A DNA stretch of 64,000 nucleotides, from NCBI GenBank assembly GCA_030916895.1, contig JAUPVR010000002.1, forward strand, positions 173 to 64,172, in the 5' to 3' direction. Shown here one piece after another: positions 44,961-54,827 of this stretch (position 1 is the first letter of the stretch; each line of letters starts with the position of its first letter). The translations under genes and the position numbers were made by a program. This DNA is from Patescibacteria group bacterium. GTDB lineage: Bacteria; Patescibacteriota; Minisyncoccia; Phycocordibacterales; UBA5272. The notes beneath the pieces were generated by a model. It did not search any database. It was not told where the DNA came from and saw only the letters and a list, made by a program, of their open reading frames with translations.

Positions 44961-46286
44961 CTAATTACTTCTTCCTAAAATTGCATTAAGTGTATTACGG
45001 CTTACGATGATACGCGCAGGTAAATACCCAGCAAACACCGAAACAATCATCACCAAGAGAAACTTTATCGCAACCGAGGCTGGTTCGGCAACAAGAACAA
45101 TAAGTGCAAAGGGTGTATCAATTGGGTGTGCATCAATGTACGGCTTCATCATACCGAAAATGATAACAAGTGCGATTGCTGCGCCAAAAAGAACGTAGAA
45201 CATTGCCTGGCAGATGTATGAAAATTCGATTGCAAAATTATTCACACCAATTCCTTTCATGATACCAATCTGACGGCGACGGGTAAGCGCATTAATGTAA
45301 ATGATAATAAAAATAGTAATGAGCGCCACCACAACAGACACCGAACCTAAAATGGTACCAATGATTGAGAAAAAGAGTTTAATATTTACCAAAAATTCAG
45401 GTGCTCCTTCATCAGCGGTGTTAATTTTTGCATAATCACCAAAACCGTTTTTAAGAAGCGGTGTCTTTATATAGTACGGATCAATGCCGGGTTTTAATTT
45501 AATTGCGATTTCAGAAACATCACCGTCAGTTTTACCAAGCATCTTCTTAAGTTCGCTGTCTAAGATGTATGCTCGTGAAGAAACAAACCCTGCCTTCGAA
45601 TCAACAATACCTCGAACAATAAATTCTTGCGTCACTGCGGTTTTTTCATCTACTTCTGTTGCAAATTCTCGACCCTCATTACCAGGATTGATGGTCACCT
45701 TTCCCCCAGACACGGTAACGCGCACCGTAACTCCTGGTTTCACATTTCGAAGCAAAGACACCAAGTCGGCAACTGGACTATATTCCTGTAAAAACGCTGT
45801 ACCGATTACGATACCACGCGCATCTCCTGGTGTTAGCCAAGATCCTTCAACGACAGCCTTGGAGAGATTTGTTGTTTGATCCTCTTTAACTGGATCGATG
45901 CCTGCGATCTGATTACCAACCGTATTTGCATCTTCTTCTTTTCTTTTTTCCCACCAATTTGCTTCAATTGTTGCGCCCGCAATAAGGCGAGGGGTGTAAC
46001 TTTCTATTTGTGGAAATGATGATAGCGCTGAGAGAATATCGTTGGTGCGTTCAATGTGGGTCTTCTCGTTGCGGTTGGTAATCATAATATCTCCCGTCCA
46101 TTGTTCTTTAAAAGCTCGCGAAGATCCTTCTATAATACCGACCAAAAACCCAGAGGTTGCCACAAGGTTTAAAAACGTAAGCATCATGATAAACACAATC
46201 AAAAACGTCGTCCACTTACTCGTGCGCAGTACTTGGCGAATGGCGAGAAAAAAACCGAGACGAACCGTGTTTAAAAAACGATGCAT
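44961..46286 (-). CDS. ABC transporter permease, FtsX/MacB-like (large extracytoplasmic domain plus C-terminal 3-4 TM)
   Basis: Topology and the stop/start-coupled position after the ATPase gene. Confidence 0.7.
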   Translation of the reverse strand: MHRFLNTVRLGFFLAIRQVLRTSKWTTFLIVFIMMLTFLNLVATSGFLVGIIEGSSRAFKEQWTGDIMITNRNEKTHIERTNDILSALSSFPQIESYTPRLIAGATIEANWWEKRKEEDANTVGNQIAGIDPVKEDQTTNLSKAVVEGSWLTPGDARGIVIGTAFLQEYSPVADLVSLLRNVKPGVTVRVTVSGGKVTINPGNEGREFATEVDEKTAVTQEFIVRGIVDSKAGFVSSRAYILDSELKKMLGKTDGDVSEIAIKLKPGIDPYYIKTPLLKNGFGDYAKINTADEGAPEFLVNIKLFFSIIGTILGSVSVVVALITIFIIIYINALTRRRQIGIMKGIGVNNFAIEFSYICQAMFYVLFGAAIALVIIFGMMKPYIDAHPIDTPFALIVLVAEPASVAIKFLLVMIVSVFAGYLPARIIVSRNTLNAILGRSN

Positions 46287-46329
46287 AGATAGTGTGCAGT
46301 ATACCAGGAAGATTTACTCTTAACGAAAC

Positions 46330-47949
46330 TTAGTTGGTTTGCTTTTGAGCAGAACGAACACCTGGCTGAATTGCAACAACGGTATCATCTTCTGTTAAAC
46401 CACTTTTTATTTCAATCATTCCATCATCGCTTCGAATACCAAGTACAACTTCTTTCTCTTGTACTTCTTCTCCTTTCCTCACACTAACCAATCCACGATT
46501 TGCATCGAGTGATTCAACAAACCTAATAGGGAGGGCAATTGCTCCAGCAACACGTTTAGTAATAATTGATACATTCGCGGTCATTCCTGTCTTAATGCGA
46601 TCATCTTTCTCTGCAAATGTTGCGATTGTTTTATATTTTGGAACATTTCCCTCAAACACCGCTGATTCATCAACGCGTGTTATTGTTGCCGGAAAAATAA
46701 CTGATGATCCGTATGCATCGAGCGTTATTTCAACACTGTTTCCCTTTTGAATTTTTGCAATATCAATCTCTGGGATACTTGCTTCAACCTCAAAAGCACT
46801 CGTCGACATCATGGAAACAACAACCTTACCAGCAGAGGCTGTTTCGCCTTTTGTAAGGGTCACATCGGTAATCGTCCCATCAAATGGGGCGGTGACCACT
46901 GTCTTTCCAAGGCGCGCCTCAGCTGCCAAAACACTTGCTTCTGCTTGAGACACAAGTGCCTGTTGAGCGCTTATCTTGGTGCTGTCTGTCCCTGCTTTTG
47001 TAAGCGTTAAATCACGCTCTGCTTGTGCGAGCGTATTCTTTGCGGAGGTAAGTGCTGCGCGCTTTGACGAAATATCTGCAAAAACAGCATTCATTGTTGT
47101 GCGAACAGATGCAAGCGTCGTACGGTACGTATCAAGTGAGGAATTCTGCACTGAACATGATGCAAGCAGTAGAGAAGAGAGCTTTGAAATAAAATCGTTT
47201 GTTGCAATTGTTGCCTGGTACGCTTCCTCAAAGGACTTATCAAGTGTTTCACCACTTGAAATCATTGAAACCAACGAGGCGTTCTTCTGAAAAACAGATA
47301 AACGTTTTTCAAGATTGGTACGAGAAATTTCAACAGAAGATTGTAGCACTTGGTCACACGCGGAAAATGCGATTGTATATATTTCTCCAGACTGATTAAA
47401 AAGTGGGGAGAGTTTGGTTTTAATTGAATCAGCAATTGATGTATCGACATTACGAACCGCGTCTGGAATCGTTGCGTACGTAGATTCAAGTGTATTTTTT
47501 GCGCTTACAACCACTTGCTCTTTTATTGCAAGCTCTTCAGGCCGAGCACCACGCACGAGTTGGTCAAGTGTCGCTTGTGCATTTGCAAGTGTTGCCTTTG
47601 CTTGGAGAAGATTTGCCTGTTCATCTCCTGAGTAGAGCGTAGCGAGCACTTTTCCTTGAAAAACCTTATCCCCTATGGAAACGCCAATGTAGGAAATATT
47701 GCCCGTTCCTTGAAAAGAAAGGTTTGCTTCTTTCGCAGCTTGAACTTTACCGGAAACACGGACTGTTTGTGACAAAGAAACGCGAGATGGCTTAATCTCT
47801 TCTTCCTTATTATTATTTGAAGAAGAAACACCAAACCAAAGAACAGCAATGGCACTAATAAGTAAAACCGAAAGGGAGGTTTTACTGCTTCGTATGTGTT
47901 TAAGTGAAGCAAAAACACGGCTCGTTAATTCAATAATCATCATTTTCAT
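46330..47949 (-). CDS. HlyD/MacA-like periplasmic adaptor (membrane fusion) protein
   Basis: N-terminal TM, long coiled-coil hairpin region, C-terminal beta-barrel and MPD-like segments; 539 aa. Confidence 0.6.
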   Translation of the reverse strand: MKMMIIELTSRVFASLKHIRSSKTSLSVLLISAIAVLWFGVSSSNNNKEEEIKPSRVSLSQTVRVSGKVQAAKEANLSFQGTGNISYIGVSIGDKVFQGKVLATLYSGDEQANLLQAKATLANAQATLDQLVRGARPEELAIKEQVVVSAKNTLESTYATIPDAVRNVDTSIADSIKTKLSPLFNQSGEIYTIAFSACDQVLQSSVEISRTNLEKRLSVFQKNASLVSMISSGETLDKSFEEAYQATIATNDFISKLSSLLLASCSVQNSSLDTYRTTLASVRTTMNAVFADISSKRAALTSAKNTLAQAERDLTLTKAGTDSTKISAQQALVSQAEASVLAAEARLGKTVVTAPFDGTITDVTLTKGETASAGKVVVSMMSTSAFEVEASIPEIDIAKIQKGNSVEITLDAYGSSVIFPATITRVDESAVFEGNVPKYKTIATFAEKDDRIKTGMTANVSIITKRVAGAIALPIRFVESLDANRGLVSVRKGEEVQEKEVVLGIRSDDGMIEIKSGLTEDDTVVAIQPGVRSAQKQTN

Positions 47950-48047
47950 ATATCAACAATAATACACTACGTGCCACCATACGCCTAAGGATAGACGTGG
48001 ATGATTTCTACCATTGTTGGCCCGCCCTCCGTGGTATACTTTCGCTT

Positions 48048-48818
48048 ATGAAAAAACGAGCCGTTCCTACAATTATTGGAAACTGGAAAATGTACCTGGA
48101 GACTGAAAAAGAGGCTATTACTTTTATAAAAAATATCGAAAGAAAATTGTCTCTTAAGAAAATCATCAAGGCAAAGTACTACTTGGCTGTACCGGACTTG
48201 TTTGTTGTAACGCTTGCAAAACTTGCCAAGAAAGGTTTCATCGGGGTACAGAATATTTCTGGTTTGTCTGGAGGGGCATATACAGGCCTCCAAACAGTTC
48301 GCACCGTAAAATCAGTCGGGGCTTCGTTTACGCTTTTAGGCCACAGTGAGGTACGAGCCCGGGGAGAAGATGGCGACATTCTTGCAAAAAAGGTTTCAAT
48401 TTCCCTTAAAGAAAAAATGATGACCGTACTATGCATTGGCGAAAAAGAGCGCGACACACAAGGAAATTATATTGCACAACTTGAAGAGGAACTCCGTAAA
48501 AACCTTTCACTGGTTGATAGGTCTTTGTTTGATAATCTGGTTATTGCATATGAACCAATCTGGGCAATCGGTAAAGATGTCGCCGCAACACCAAATGAGT
48601 GTTTTGAGGCGGTTATCGCGCTTCGTCGCGCACTTGCGTCATTGGTTGGTATCGACCACGCTAAAAAAGTTTCGATTCTCTACGGTGGGACCGTTACTAA
48701 AGAAAATGCATCTTCTTTTTTGAAAGAAGGCGGTGTCGATGGACTGCTCATTGGGCGCGCATCAACTGATGCGTCAACCTTTTCCGATATTATTGCCTCG
48801 TGCCATTATAAAAAATAG
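48048..48818 (+). CDS. tpiA: triosephosphate isomerase
   Basis: GNWKM, AYEPIWAIG, ILYGGT motifs; the ORF extends to 47997. Confidence 0.85.
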   Translation: MKKRAVPTIIGNWKMYLETEKEAITFIKNIERKLSLKKIIKAKYYLAVPDLFVVTLAKLAKKGFIGVQNISGLSGGAYTGLQTVRTVKSVGASFTLLGHSEVRARGEDGDILAKKVSISLKEKMMTVLCIGEKERDTQGNYIAQLEEELRKNLSLVDRSLFDNLVIAYEPIWAIGKDVAATPNECFEAVIALRRALASLVGIDHAKKVSILYGGTVTKENASSFLKEGGVDGLLIGRASTDASTFSDIIASCHYKK

Positions 48819-48835
48819 TTTTACGTACTTGTTCT

Positions 48836-49975
48836 ATGACACAAACAGCTTGGGCCAACAAGGTTTTTAATGACTCTCTCGATGTTAAGGGAAAGCGTGT
48901 CCTTGTTCGTCTTGATTTAAATATACCGGTTGAAAACGGCGTCATCACAGACACAACACGCATGGACGCAGTCATCCCATTTCTTACCAAACTCTCTTTT
49001 GCTGGTGCAAAACTCGTCTTACTTTCTCACTTTGGTGAAAAAGGCGAGTCACTTGAAGTTGTCGGTAAAGAACTTTCAAGGAGACTCTCTTTTGTTTCTT
49101 TCGTGGGAGGCCTTGATCAAGAGGTAATCACAGACGCGGTAGTTAAGCTTAGGGAGGGGGACGCTATACTTCTTGAAAATGTAAGACTCTTCCCTGGCGA
49201 AACAGAAAATGTGACAGGTGTTGCGCAATTTTTTGCTTCCCTTGGGGACCTCTTTATCAACGACGCATTCTCTGTATCACACAGAAAACATGCGAGCGTT
49301 GTTGGTATCCCACAATACCTTCTCTCTTTTATCGGACCAACATGTGCACGCGAACTCACTCACCTTTCTTTAATTCTTTCACCAAAAAAACCCGCTCTCC
49401 TTATTATTGGAGGTGCAAAAATATCGACCAAGCTTTCTCTTATCAATCGCTACCTTGACCAAGGTGTTGGAGTGTTTGTTGGTGGAGCAATGGTACACAA
49501 CATTTTTAAAGCGCGTGGCCTTTCTATTGGGCAAAGTTTATTCGATAAAGATTCAACCGTAACACAAGATGTTGCCAATCACCCAAACCTACTTATGCCG
49601 ATTGATGTTATCTTATCAGACGGACAAATGGTTGATTTTGATAAAGTCCCTGAAGATGGTGTCATCGTTGACTGTGGAGACAAAACTTTAGAGCTTCTTA
49701 AAAAACCAATCAATGAAGCAGAAACCATTATCATGAACGGGCCACTTGGGCTTTACGAAAAAGGGTGGTTACACGGAACAGAGTCGGTACTTACCATGCT
49801 GGGATCTCGCCCAAAAGAGGTCACCTACATAGGGGGAGGGGACACCGTTGCGGCAGCTGGAAAGGTTAATTCCTTGAAAAATATAGGCTTTGTATCACTT
49901 GGTGGCGGAGCCATGCTTGATTTTCTTGCCTCTGGTACACTAGTTGGCATCGATGCTGTCACAAAACAAGAGTAA
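48836..49975 (+). CDS. pgk: phosphoglycerate kinase
   Basis: KRVLVRLDLNIP N-terminus; hinge and C-terminal nucleotide-binding motifs; 379 aa. Confidence 0.9.
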   Translation: MTQTAWANKVFNDSLDVKGKRVLVRLDLNIPVENGVITDTTRMDAVIPFLTKLSFAGAKLVLLSHFGEKGESLEVVGKELSRRLSFVSFVGGLDQEVITDAVVKLREGDAILLENVRLFPGETENVTGVAQFFASLGDLFINDAFSVSHRKHASVVGIPQYLLSFIGPTCARELTHLSLILSPKKPALLIIGGAKISTKLSLINRYLDQGVGVFVGGAMVHNIFKARGLSIGQSLFDKDSTVTQDVANHPNLLMPIDVILSDGQMVDFDKVPEDGVIVDCGDKTLELLKKPINEAETIIMNGPLGLYEKGWLHGTESVLTMLGSRPKEVTYIGGGDTVAAAGKVNSLKNIGFVSLGGGAMLDFLASGTLVGIDAVTKQE

Positions 49976-50009
49976 GCCTGTTATACCAGATGAGGGGAAT
50001 ACCCAAGTA

Positions 50010-50549
50010 ATGAGAGACCTTATAGAAAAAGCAAAGCAGGGTGATGCTTCTTCGTTTGAGGCCATCTACACTCGAATGTATTCTCCTTTATATAGGTACA
50101 TTTACTCACGCACGCACAATAAAGAAGAGACCGACGACATTGTTCAACAGGTTTTTCTTAAATTCTACGAGGCTCTTCCTCGCTATGAATACAGAAATGC
50201 CGAGGAAACATTGCTCGCCTACCTTTTCATCGTTGGAAAACGCCTCCTCATCAATGAATCAGCAAGAAAAAAAACGATTCACCTTGATGATGAAGCCTTT
50301 GAAACTATTGAAGATGAATCGGAAAATATTCTTTCGCAAGTAGACATACACATGCTTGCGGAAAAAATAAATGAGCTTCTTCCTCATTTAACCGATGACG
50401 AAGAGCATGTGATCCGTCTCTTTTACTACGCAGAACTTTCTCACAAAGAGATCTCGTGCGTGATCAAGAAAGAAGAAGCGCATGTACGAAAGTTAAAAGA
50501 ACGCGCGTTGCGTAAATTACGTACCCTAACCAAACACCTCTATGCCTAA
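50010..50549 (+). CDS. ECF-type RNA polymerase sigma factor (sigma-70 regions 2 and 4)
   Basis: …DIVQQVFLKFYEALPRY… (region 2) and …ELSHKEISCVIKKEEAHVRKLKERALRKLR (region 4); the ORF extends to 49944, overlapping pgk. Confidence 0.7.
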   Translation: MRDLIEKAKQGDASSFEAIYTRMYSPLYRYIYSRTHNKEETDDIVQQVFLKFYEALPRYEYRNAEETLLAYLFIVGKRLLINESARKKTIHLDDEAFETIEDESENILSQVDIHMLAEKINELLPHLTDDEEHVIRLFYYAELSHKEISCVIKKEEAHVRKLKERALRKLRTLTKHLYA

Positions 50550-50865
50550 AGCAGAAGACACAATAGAACAAGCTCTTGCTATGTATAAGGAGACCGTATC
50601 GCCGTCAAGGAAAAATCTTCAAGTACTACTTTCTCAAATACCAGAGCAAACAAAACTCGAAGGGAGGCGTGCGATACGATCCCCTTATAGATGGCTCTTC
50701 GCTTCTCAGTTTGTTTCTTTGTGTTTACTTGCAATTGCAATTATCCCAGCATACCTTGCAAACGAGAGTGACCCAGACTTCTACTTTCGATCTATCGATA
50801 AAGAAGTAAGCGCTTTTGAAACACAAGTTATGCTCGAAGACTATAACGATACCTTACTAAATTAA
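50542..50865 (+). CDS. putative anti-sigma factor (single-pass membrane protein, translationally coupled to the sigma gene)
   Basis: ATG overlaps the sigma stop; central TM helix; 107 aa. Confidence 0.4.
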   Translation: MPKAEDTIEQALAMYKETVSPSRKNLQVLLSQIPEQTKLEGRRAIRSPYRWLFASQFVSLCLLAIAIIPAYLANESDPDFYFRSIDKEVSAFETQVMLEDYNDTLLN

Positions 50866-50902
50866 CCAGTCAAAAAACATAAACGCATTTTTAATTAAGA
50901 TT

Positions 50903-51538
50903 ATGAAAAAAATTATTCTCTCGACAATTATCGGTTCTGCCCTTGTTCCATTCCTTGCATTTGCACAAGCAACAACAACTGCAACGACAACCACCGCAAC
51001 GTCAACGAACACAACGAGCACAACAACGGTCGCAACCTCCACAATCAATTCTGTGTTTACTGCTTGCTGGCAAGCAGCGCTTACCAAAAGAGACACCGCA
51101 ATAAGCCAGGCGCGTGCAACCTACAATACACAGATGGAAGTTGCGCAAGCAGCAAGAACCGAGGCTCTTAAGCAAGCAGCAACTCTTACTGATGAAACAG
51201 CGCAAAAAGCTGCAAAGAAAAAAGCTGCTGAGGACTACAAGACCGCTGCACGCAATGCACAGAAAACTTTAACGTCGGCTCGTGAAGTTGCTCGTACGGC
51301 ATTTGATAAAGAAATTCGCGTTTGTCGAGACAATAAAAAGGCTTCTCTTGAAAAGAGAGTAGAAACCAAGAAAACAGAAATTGAAAAGAAGAAAGAAGTA
51401 AAGAAAGAAGAGCAAGAAGATAGAAAAGAAAAGAGAGAGAATGAGAAAGAAGAAAGAAACGAGAAACGTGAAGAAATTCAAAAAGAGGTAAAAACTCTTC
51501 GTGAACGAATCAAAGAACTACTTTCTGGTAATCGTTAA
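50903..51538 (+). CDS. secreted low-complexity protein (Thr-rich segment then K/E-rich coiled coil)
   Basis: Signal peptide; TTATTTTATSTNTTSTTTVATST; KE-rich tail; downstream of the sigma/anti-sigma pair. Confidence 0.5.
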   Translation: MKKIILSTIIGSALVPFLAFAQATTTATTTTATSTNTTSTTTVATSTINSVFTACWQAALTKRDTAISQARATYNTQMEVAQAARTEALKQAATLTDETAQKAAKKKAAEDYKTAARNAQKTLTSAREVARTAFDKEIRVCRDNKKASLEKRVETKKTEIEKKKEVKKEEQEDRKEKRENEKEERNEKREEIQKEVKTLRERIKELLSGNR

Positions 51539-51544
51539 GAATAA

Positions 51545-51578
51545 AAAAAATCCCCAAGAAAAATCTTGGGGATTTTTT
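51545..51578. terminator. terminator aaaaaatccccaaga-aaaa-tcttggggattttttt
   Basis: 11-bp stem plus T-run; bidirectional (also after xth on the minus strand). Confidence 0.65.
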
Positions 51579-52342
51579 TATCTAAGTTCAAGCACTACCG
51601 GTGCGTGATCGCTTCCTTCAAGGTCTGTCAAAATGTCTGCTTTCTTCACGTTGTCAAACATTTCTTGATTTACAAAAAAGTAATCAATTCTCCACCCGAC
51701 ATTCCTCTCACGCGAGCGCGTCTTCTGGTCCCACCAACTATACTTCACCGTTTCTGGATGGAGCGCCCGAAAGGTATCCACAAACCCCGCCTTTTCCACA
51801 CGATCAACCCACGCGCGTTCAATAGGAAGAAATCCAATTTGATTGCTGTTTTCTTTTGGACGAGCAATATCAATTTCATTGTGTGCCACATTTAAGTCTC
51901 CACAAAAAATCACTCGCTCATATTTCTTTGCGAGCTTCTCTACATGTTTTAAAAACATGTCATAGTAACGAAGTTTAAACTGAAAATGCTCTTCGTCCCT
52001 GCTTCCGTTTGGAAAATAACATGTTACAAAAACAAAATCATCAAAGTGAAGTGTAAGTAATCTTCCTTCTGTGTCCATTTCTTTTATTCCCAAGCCGTGC
52101 TCCACTTTTACGGGTGCATGCTTTGTGTACACCGCAACACCTGAGTATCCTTTTCTTTCTGTTGCAGAATCAAAATACGCTTGATAGCCGTCTGGAGCAA
52201 ATTTATTTTCTGGTAACTGGTCGGGAGTGCATTTGGTTTCATTGATTGCCAGGATATCTGGTTTCTGTGCAAAAATCGCATCAAGTGCGCCTTTTTTCTG
52301 TGAAGCACGAATGCCGTTTACATTCCAGGAAATAAGTTTCAT
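51578..52342 (-). CDS. xth: exodeoxyribonuclease III (AP endonuclease, Xth/APE1 family)
   Basis: MKLISWNVNGIRA…; EEP-fold motifs; 254 aa. Confidence 0.85.
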   Translation of the reverse strand: MKLISWNVNGIRASQKKGALDAIFAQKPDILAINETKCTPDQLPENKFAPDGYQAYFDSATERKGYSGVAVYTKHAPVKVEHGLGIKEMDTEGRLLTLHFDDFVFVTCYFPNGSRDEEHFQFKLRYYDMFLKHVEKLAKKYERVIFCGDLNVAHNEIDIARPKENSNQIGFLPIERAWVDRVEKAGFVDTFRALHPETVKYSWWDQKTRSRERNVGWRIDYFFVNQEMFDNVKKADILTDLEGSDHAPVVLELR

Positions 52343-52377
52343 AGGTACCTACAGTGTATACAAAAGATTAAAAAAGA

Positions 52378-52408
52378 GAATGGGGCAGTCTTCATGACTG
52401 CCCCATGG
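52378..52408 (-). terminator. GC-rich hairpin ggggcagtc-ttcat-gactgcccc downstream of the Cys-rich gene
   Basis: 9-bp GC stem read directly. Confidence 0.5.
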
Positions 52409-52424
52409 GGTTTCTTTCTTGGGT

Positions 52425-52637
52425 TTATGCACCAGCACCAGGATACCCGCACCGGTGGTGACCGCAAGCCTCCTGTTTTTTGCAGCCAGGATCCTTGCAG
52501 AAAACCGGTTTCTCGGCAGGCGGTTCATCCTTCTTCTTGCCTGTATTGTTGGCACACCCAACGGAATCGCATCCGCCTCCGGTGGTGTTTTGGGAAATCG
52601 AGCACTTCACGCAACGCGTTCCACCAAAATGTGACAT
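52425..52637 (-). CDS. Cys-rich small protein (70 aa, 8 Cys, Gly/Lys-rich), GC-rich islet
   Basis: MSHFGGTRCVKCSISQNTTGGGCDSVGCANNTGKKKDEPPAEKPVFCKDPGCKKQEACGHHRCGYPGAGA; SD aaggaga 8 nt upstream; about 55% G+C. Several overlapping alternative-frame ORFs (52349..52561 and others) lack an SD. Confidence 0.5.
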   Translation of the reverse strand: MSHFGGTRCVKCSISQNTTGGGCDSVGCANNTGKKKDEPPAEKPVFCKDPGCKKQEACGHHRCGYPGAGA

Positions 52638-52708
52638 GATTGTCTATCTCCTTAGTGAGGGGTTCACAAAAAACTCTACACCCAAAAATAAAAACTGTCC
52701 AACCACTC

Positions 52709-53650
52709 CTAATCCTTCTTTCTTTTTGAATGAAACTTCTCGTACTGGTCACGCAAAAATTTATTTGTCACATTTGTATAAATCTGCGTTGTTGTAATCG
52801 AAGCATGCCCAAGCATCATCTGCACCGTGCGCAAGTCAGCTCCATTGTATAAAAGGTCGGTCGCAAACGAGTGACGAAGTACATGTGGGGTACACTTTTT
52901 CGCAATACCTGCGAGTGTTGCATACTTTGTAAGAATGCGTTCAACCGAACGAGGAGTAAGCCTGAGAGATTCTTCACGCTCCATGCGCGCATGGGCACGA
53001 GGGGAGTGGTCAACAAACATTGCATCATCGATATCAACTCGGGTTTTTAAGTACGCTCCCACTGCTTCTCTTGCGTCATGAGAAATAAATACAACACGAA
53101 TTTTACCACCCTTTCCGCGCACAGAAATTTCTCCATTACGAAAATCAATATCGCGTGAAAGTGAACAGAGCTCTGAAACACGAAGCCCTGTTGAAAAGAG
53201 AAGTTCCAAGATTGCTCTATCGCGAAGTCCTGCAAGGGTTGATGAATCCGGTGCATTAAGAAGATTGTGAAGTTCTTTTTCGGAAATCAAATCAAGTTCA
53301 CGATCTTTTGTTTTGGCAAGCTCAATGCGCTCTGGGTCATAGGATTGCATTCCACGTTTTCGTATATATTTCAAAAATGCACGCAATGCAATTAAGTGAT
53401 AATTTTGCGTTCGCTTATCAAGCGTCTCTTCATGTTGCCCTTTTTTCTTATCGCGTGCAGGTAAACGATTCAAGTACACACGATACTCGCGCATCATCTG
53501 TTCGGTAACACCTTGTGGAGAATCTGTCTTTATAAATTTCAAAAAGCGATTCAGGTAATGATCGTAGTTACGCACCGTAAGGGAAGAACGTCCTCTCTCT
53601 ATCTCAATATATTGGAGAAAATCATCTTTAAGTGAAGAAAGCGATTGCAT
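52709..53650 (-). CDS. tyrosine site-specific recombinase, XerC/XerD-like
   Basis: N-terminal SAM-like core-binding domain; C-terminal …HVLRHSFATDLLYNGADLRTVQMMLGHASITTTQIYTNV (R…HxxR…Y catalytic motif). Confidence 0.8.
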   Translation of the reverse strand: MQSLSSLKDDFLQYIEIERGRSSLTVRNYDHYLNRFLKFIKTDSPQGVTEQMMREYRVYLNRLPARDKKKGQHEETLDKRTQNYHLIALRAFLKYIRKRGMQSYDPERIELAKTKDRELDLISEKELHNLLNAPDSSTLAGLRDRAILELLFSTGLRVSELCSLSRDIDFRNGEISVRGKGGKIRVVFISHDAREAVGAYLKTRVDIDDAMFVDHSPRAHARMEREESLRLTPRSVERILTKYATLAGIAKKCTPHVLRHSFATDLLYNGADLRTVQMMLGHASITTTQIYTNVTNKFLRDQYEKFHSKRKKD

Positions 53651-53699
53651 GGATGAACATAGTATACGCTAATGTCGCACAATATTTGAGTGTATACTT

Positions 53700-54299
53700 A
53701 TGTACATGAGAATTGGTATTGATGAAGTGGGGAGGGGAGCACTTGCTGGACCTTTGTATGTCTGTGCTTTTGGCACAGACATACCCGATAAATCCTTGCT
53801 TAGTCTTTTTCCAAAAAAAATTCTCAAAGACTCAAAAAAATTAAACGAAAAAGGGAGACTTGAGATTTTTAAACACTTATCTACTTTAAGGAAAGAGGGG
53901 AAGGTTATATGGAAAATTGGAAAAGTAACCCCAAAAACAATAGACAGCAAGGGGGTGACTAACGGCACACGAAATGCTCTTACCGTGGCAATTAAAGGAG
54001 TTTCAAAGAATACTAAAAATTCTGTGTTTCTTGATGGTGGACTTAAGGCGCCTGAAACCTACACAAAACAAACAACAATCATTAAAGGTGATGAGAAAAT
54101 TCCCGTTATTGCGTGCGCATCCATTGTTGCAAAAGTATTGCGTGATAGCTACATGAAAAAACTAGCAAAAAAGCACACAAACTATGGTTTTGAGAAACAT
54201 GTTGGGTACGGAACAAAGGCACATATTGAAGCAATTCTTATTTTTGGAAAAATGAAAGAACACCGAGAACTTTTTTTGAGAAAAATCACAAAAAACTAA
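53700..54299 (+). CDS. rnhB: ribonuclease HII
   Basis: MRIGIDEVGRGALAGPL… RNase HII N-terminal motif; 199 aa. Confidence 0.85.
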   Translation: MYMRIGIDEVGRGALAGPLYVCAFGTDIPDKSLLSLFPKKILKDSKKLNEKGRLEIFKHLSTLRKEGKVIWKIGKVTPKTIDSKGVTNGTRNALTVAIKGVSKNTKNSVFLDGGLKAPETYTKQTTIIKGDEKIPVIACASIVAKVLRDSYMKKLAKKHTNYGFEKHVGYGTKAHIEAILIFGKMKEHRELFLRKITKN

Positions 54300-54414
54300 T
54301 AAAAACCTTGTTTTATAAGAATATTTTGGAAAAAATACACCCTTGACAAAACAGACTTTAGCTCTTGCAATTTTTCAAAGGGTGTGCTATAATGGAGAGG
54401 TAGTTAATCAAAGT

Positions 54415-54678
54415 ATGCTTACCGCACGAAAAAAGGCTTCTGCCATCAAAACAGCACAAATTCACACAAAGGACACAGGATCTCCTGAGGTTCAGATTGC
54501 GCTTTTGTCTAAAAAAATCAATGAACTTACGAGCCACCTCAAGGTTCATAAGAAGGATAACCACTCACGTCGAGGCCTTATTCAGATGGTTGCCGACAGG
54601 CGAACTCATTTGAAGTATCTCGAAGGTTCCAACAAGAAACGCTACACGTCAATTGTTGAGAAACTCGGTCTTCGCTAG
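54415..54678 (+). CDS. rpsO: 30S ribosomal protein S15
   Basis: [55 protein letters not shown]… S15 signature; the ORF extends to 54343. Confidence 0.85.
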   Translation: MLTARKKASAIKTAQIHTKDTGSPEVQIALLSKKINELTSHLKVHKKDNHSRRGLIQMVADRRTHLKYLEGSNKKRYTSIVEKLGLR

Positions 54679-54684
54679 GTAAAG

Positions 54685-54711
54685 AAAGCGCCCGCCTTTA
54701 GGCGGGCGCTT
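54685..54711 (+). terminator. terminator aaagcgcccgcc-ttta-ggcgggcgctt
   Basis: 12-bp GC stem after rpsO. Confidence 0.65.
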
Positions 54712-54827
54712 ATCCTACACGCGGAAAGTACAAATTTTTATACGACTACACGTTTCTCTTTTTATACCTAATAGGGTTTCAATCTTGTCTTCGGTCAAGA
54801 AGATGAAACCCAACATCAATTTATAAT

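Noticed and set aside
52709-53650. Phage integrase flanking a prophage
   Set aside because: No phage structural or replication genes on either side (rnhB and xth are housekeeping), and the domain layout matches chromosomal XerC/D. Kept only as a possible link to the adjacent GC-rich Cys-rich gene.
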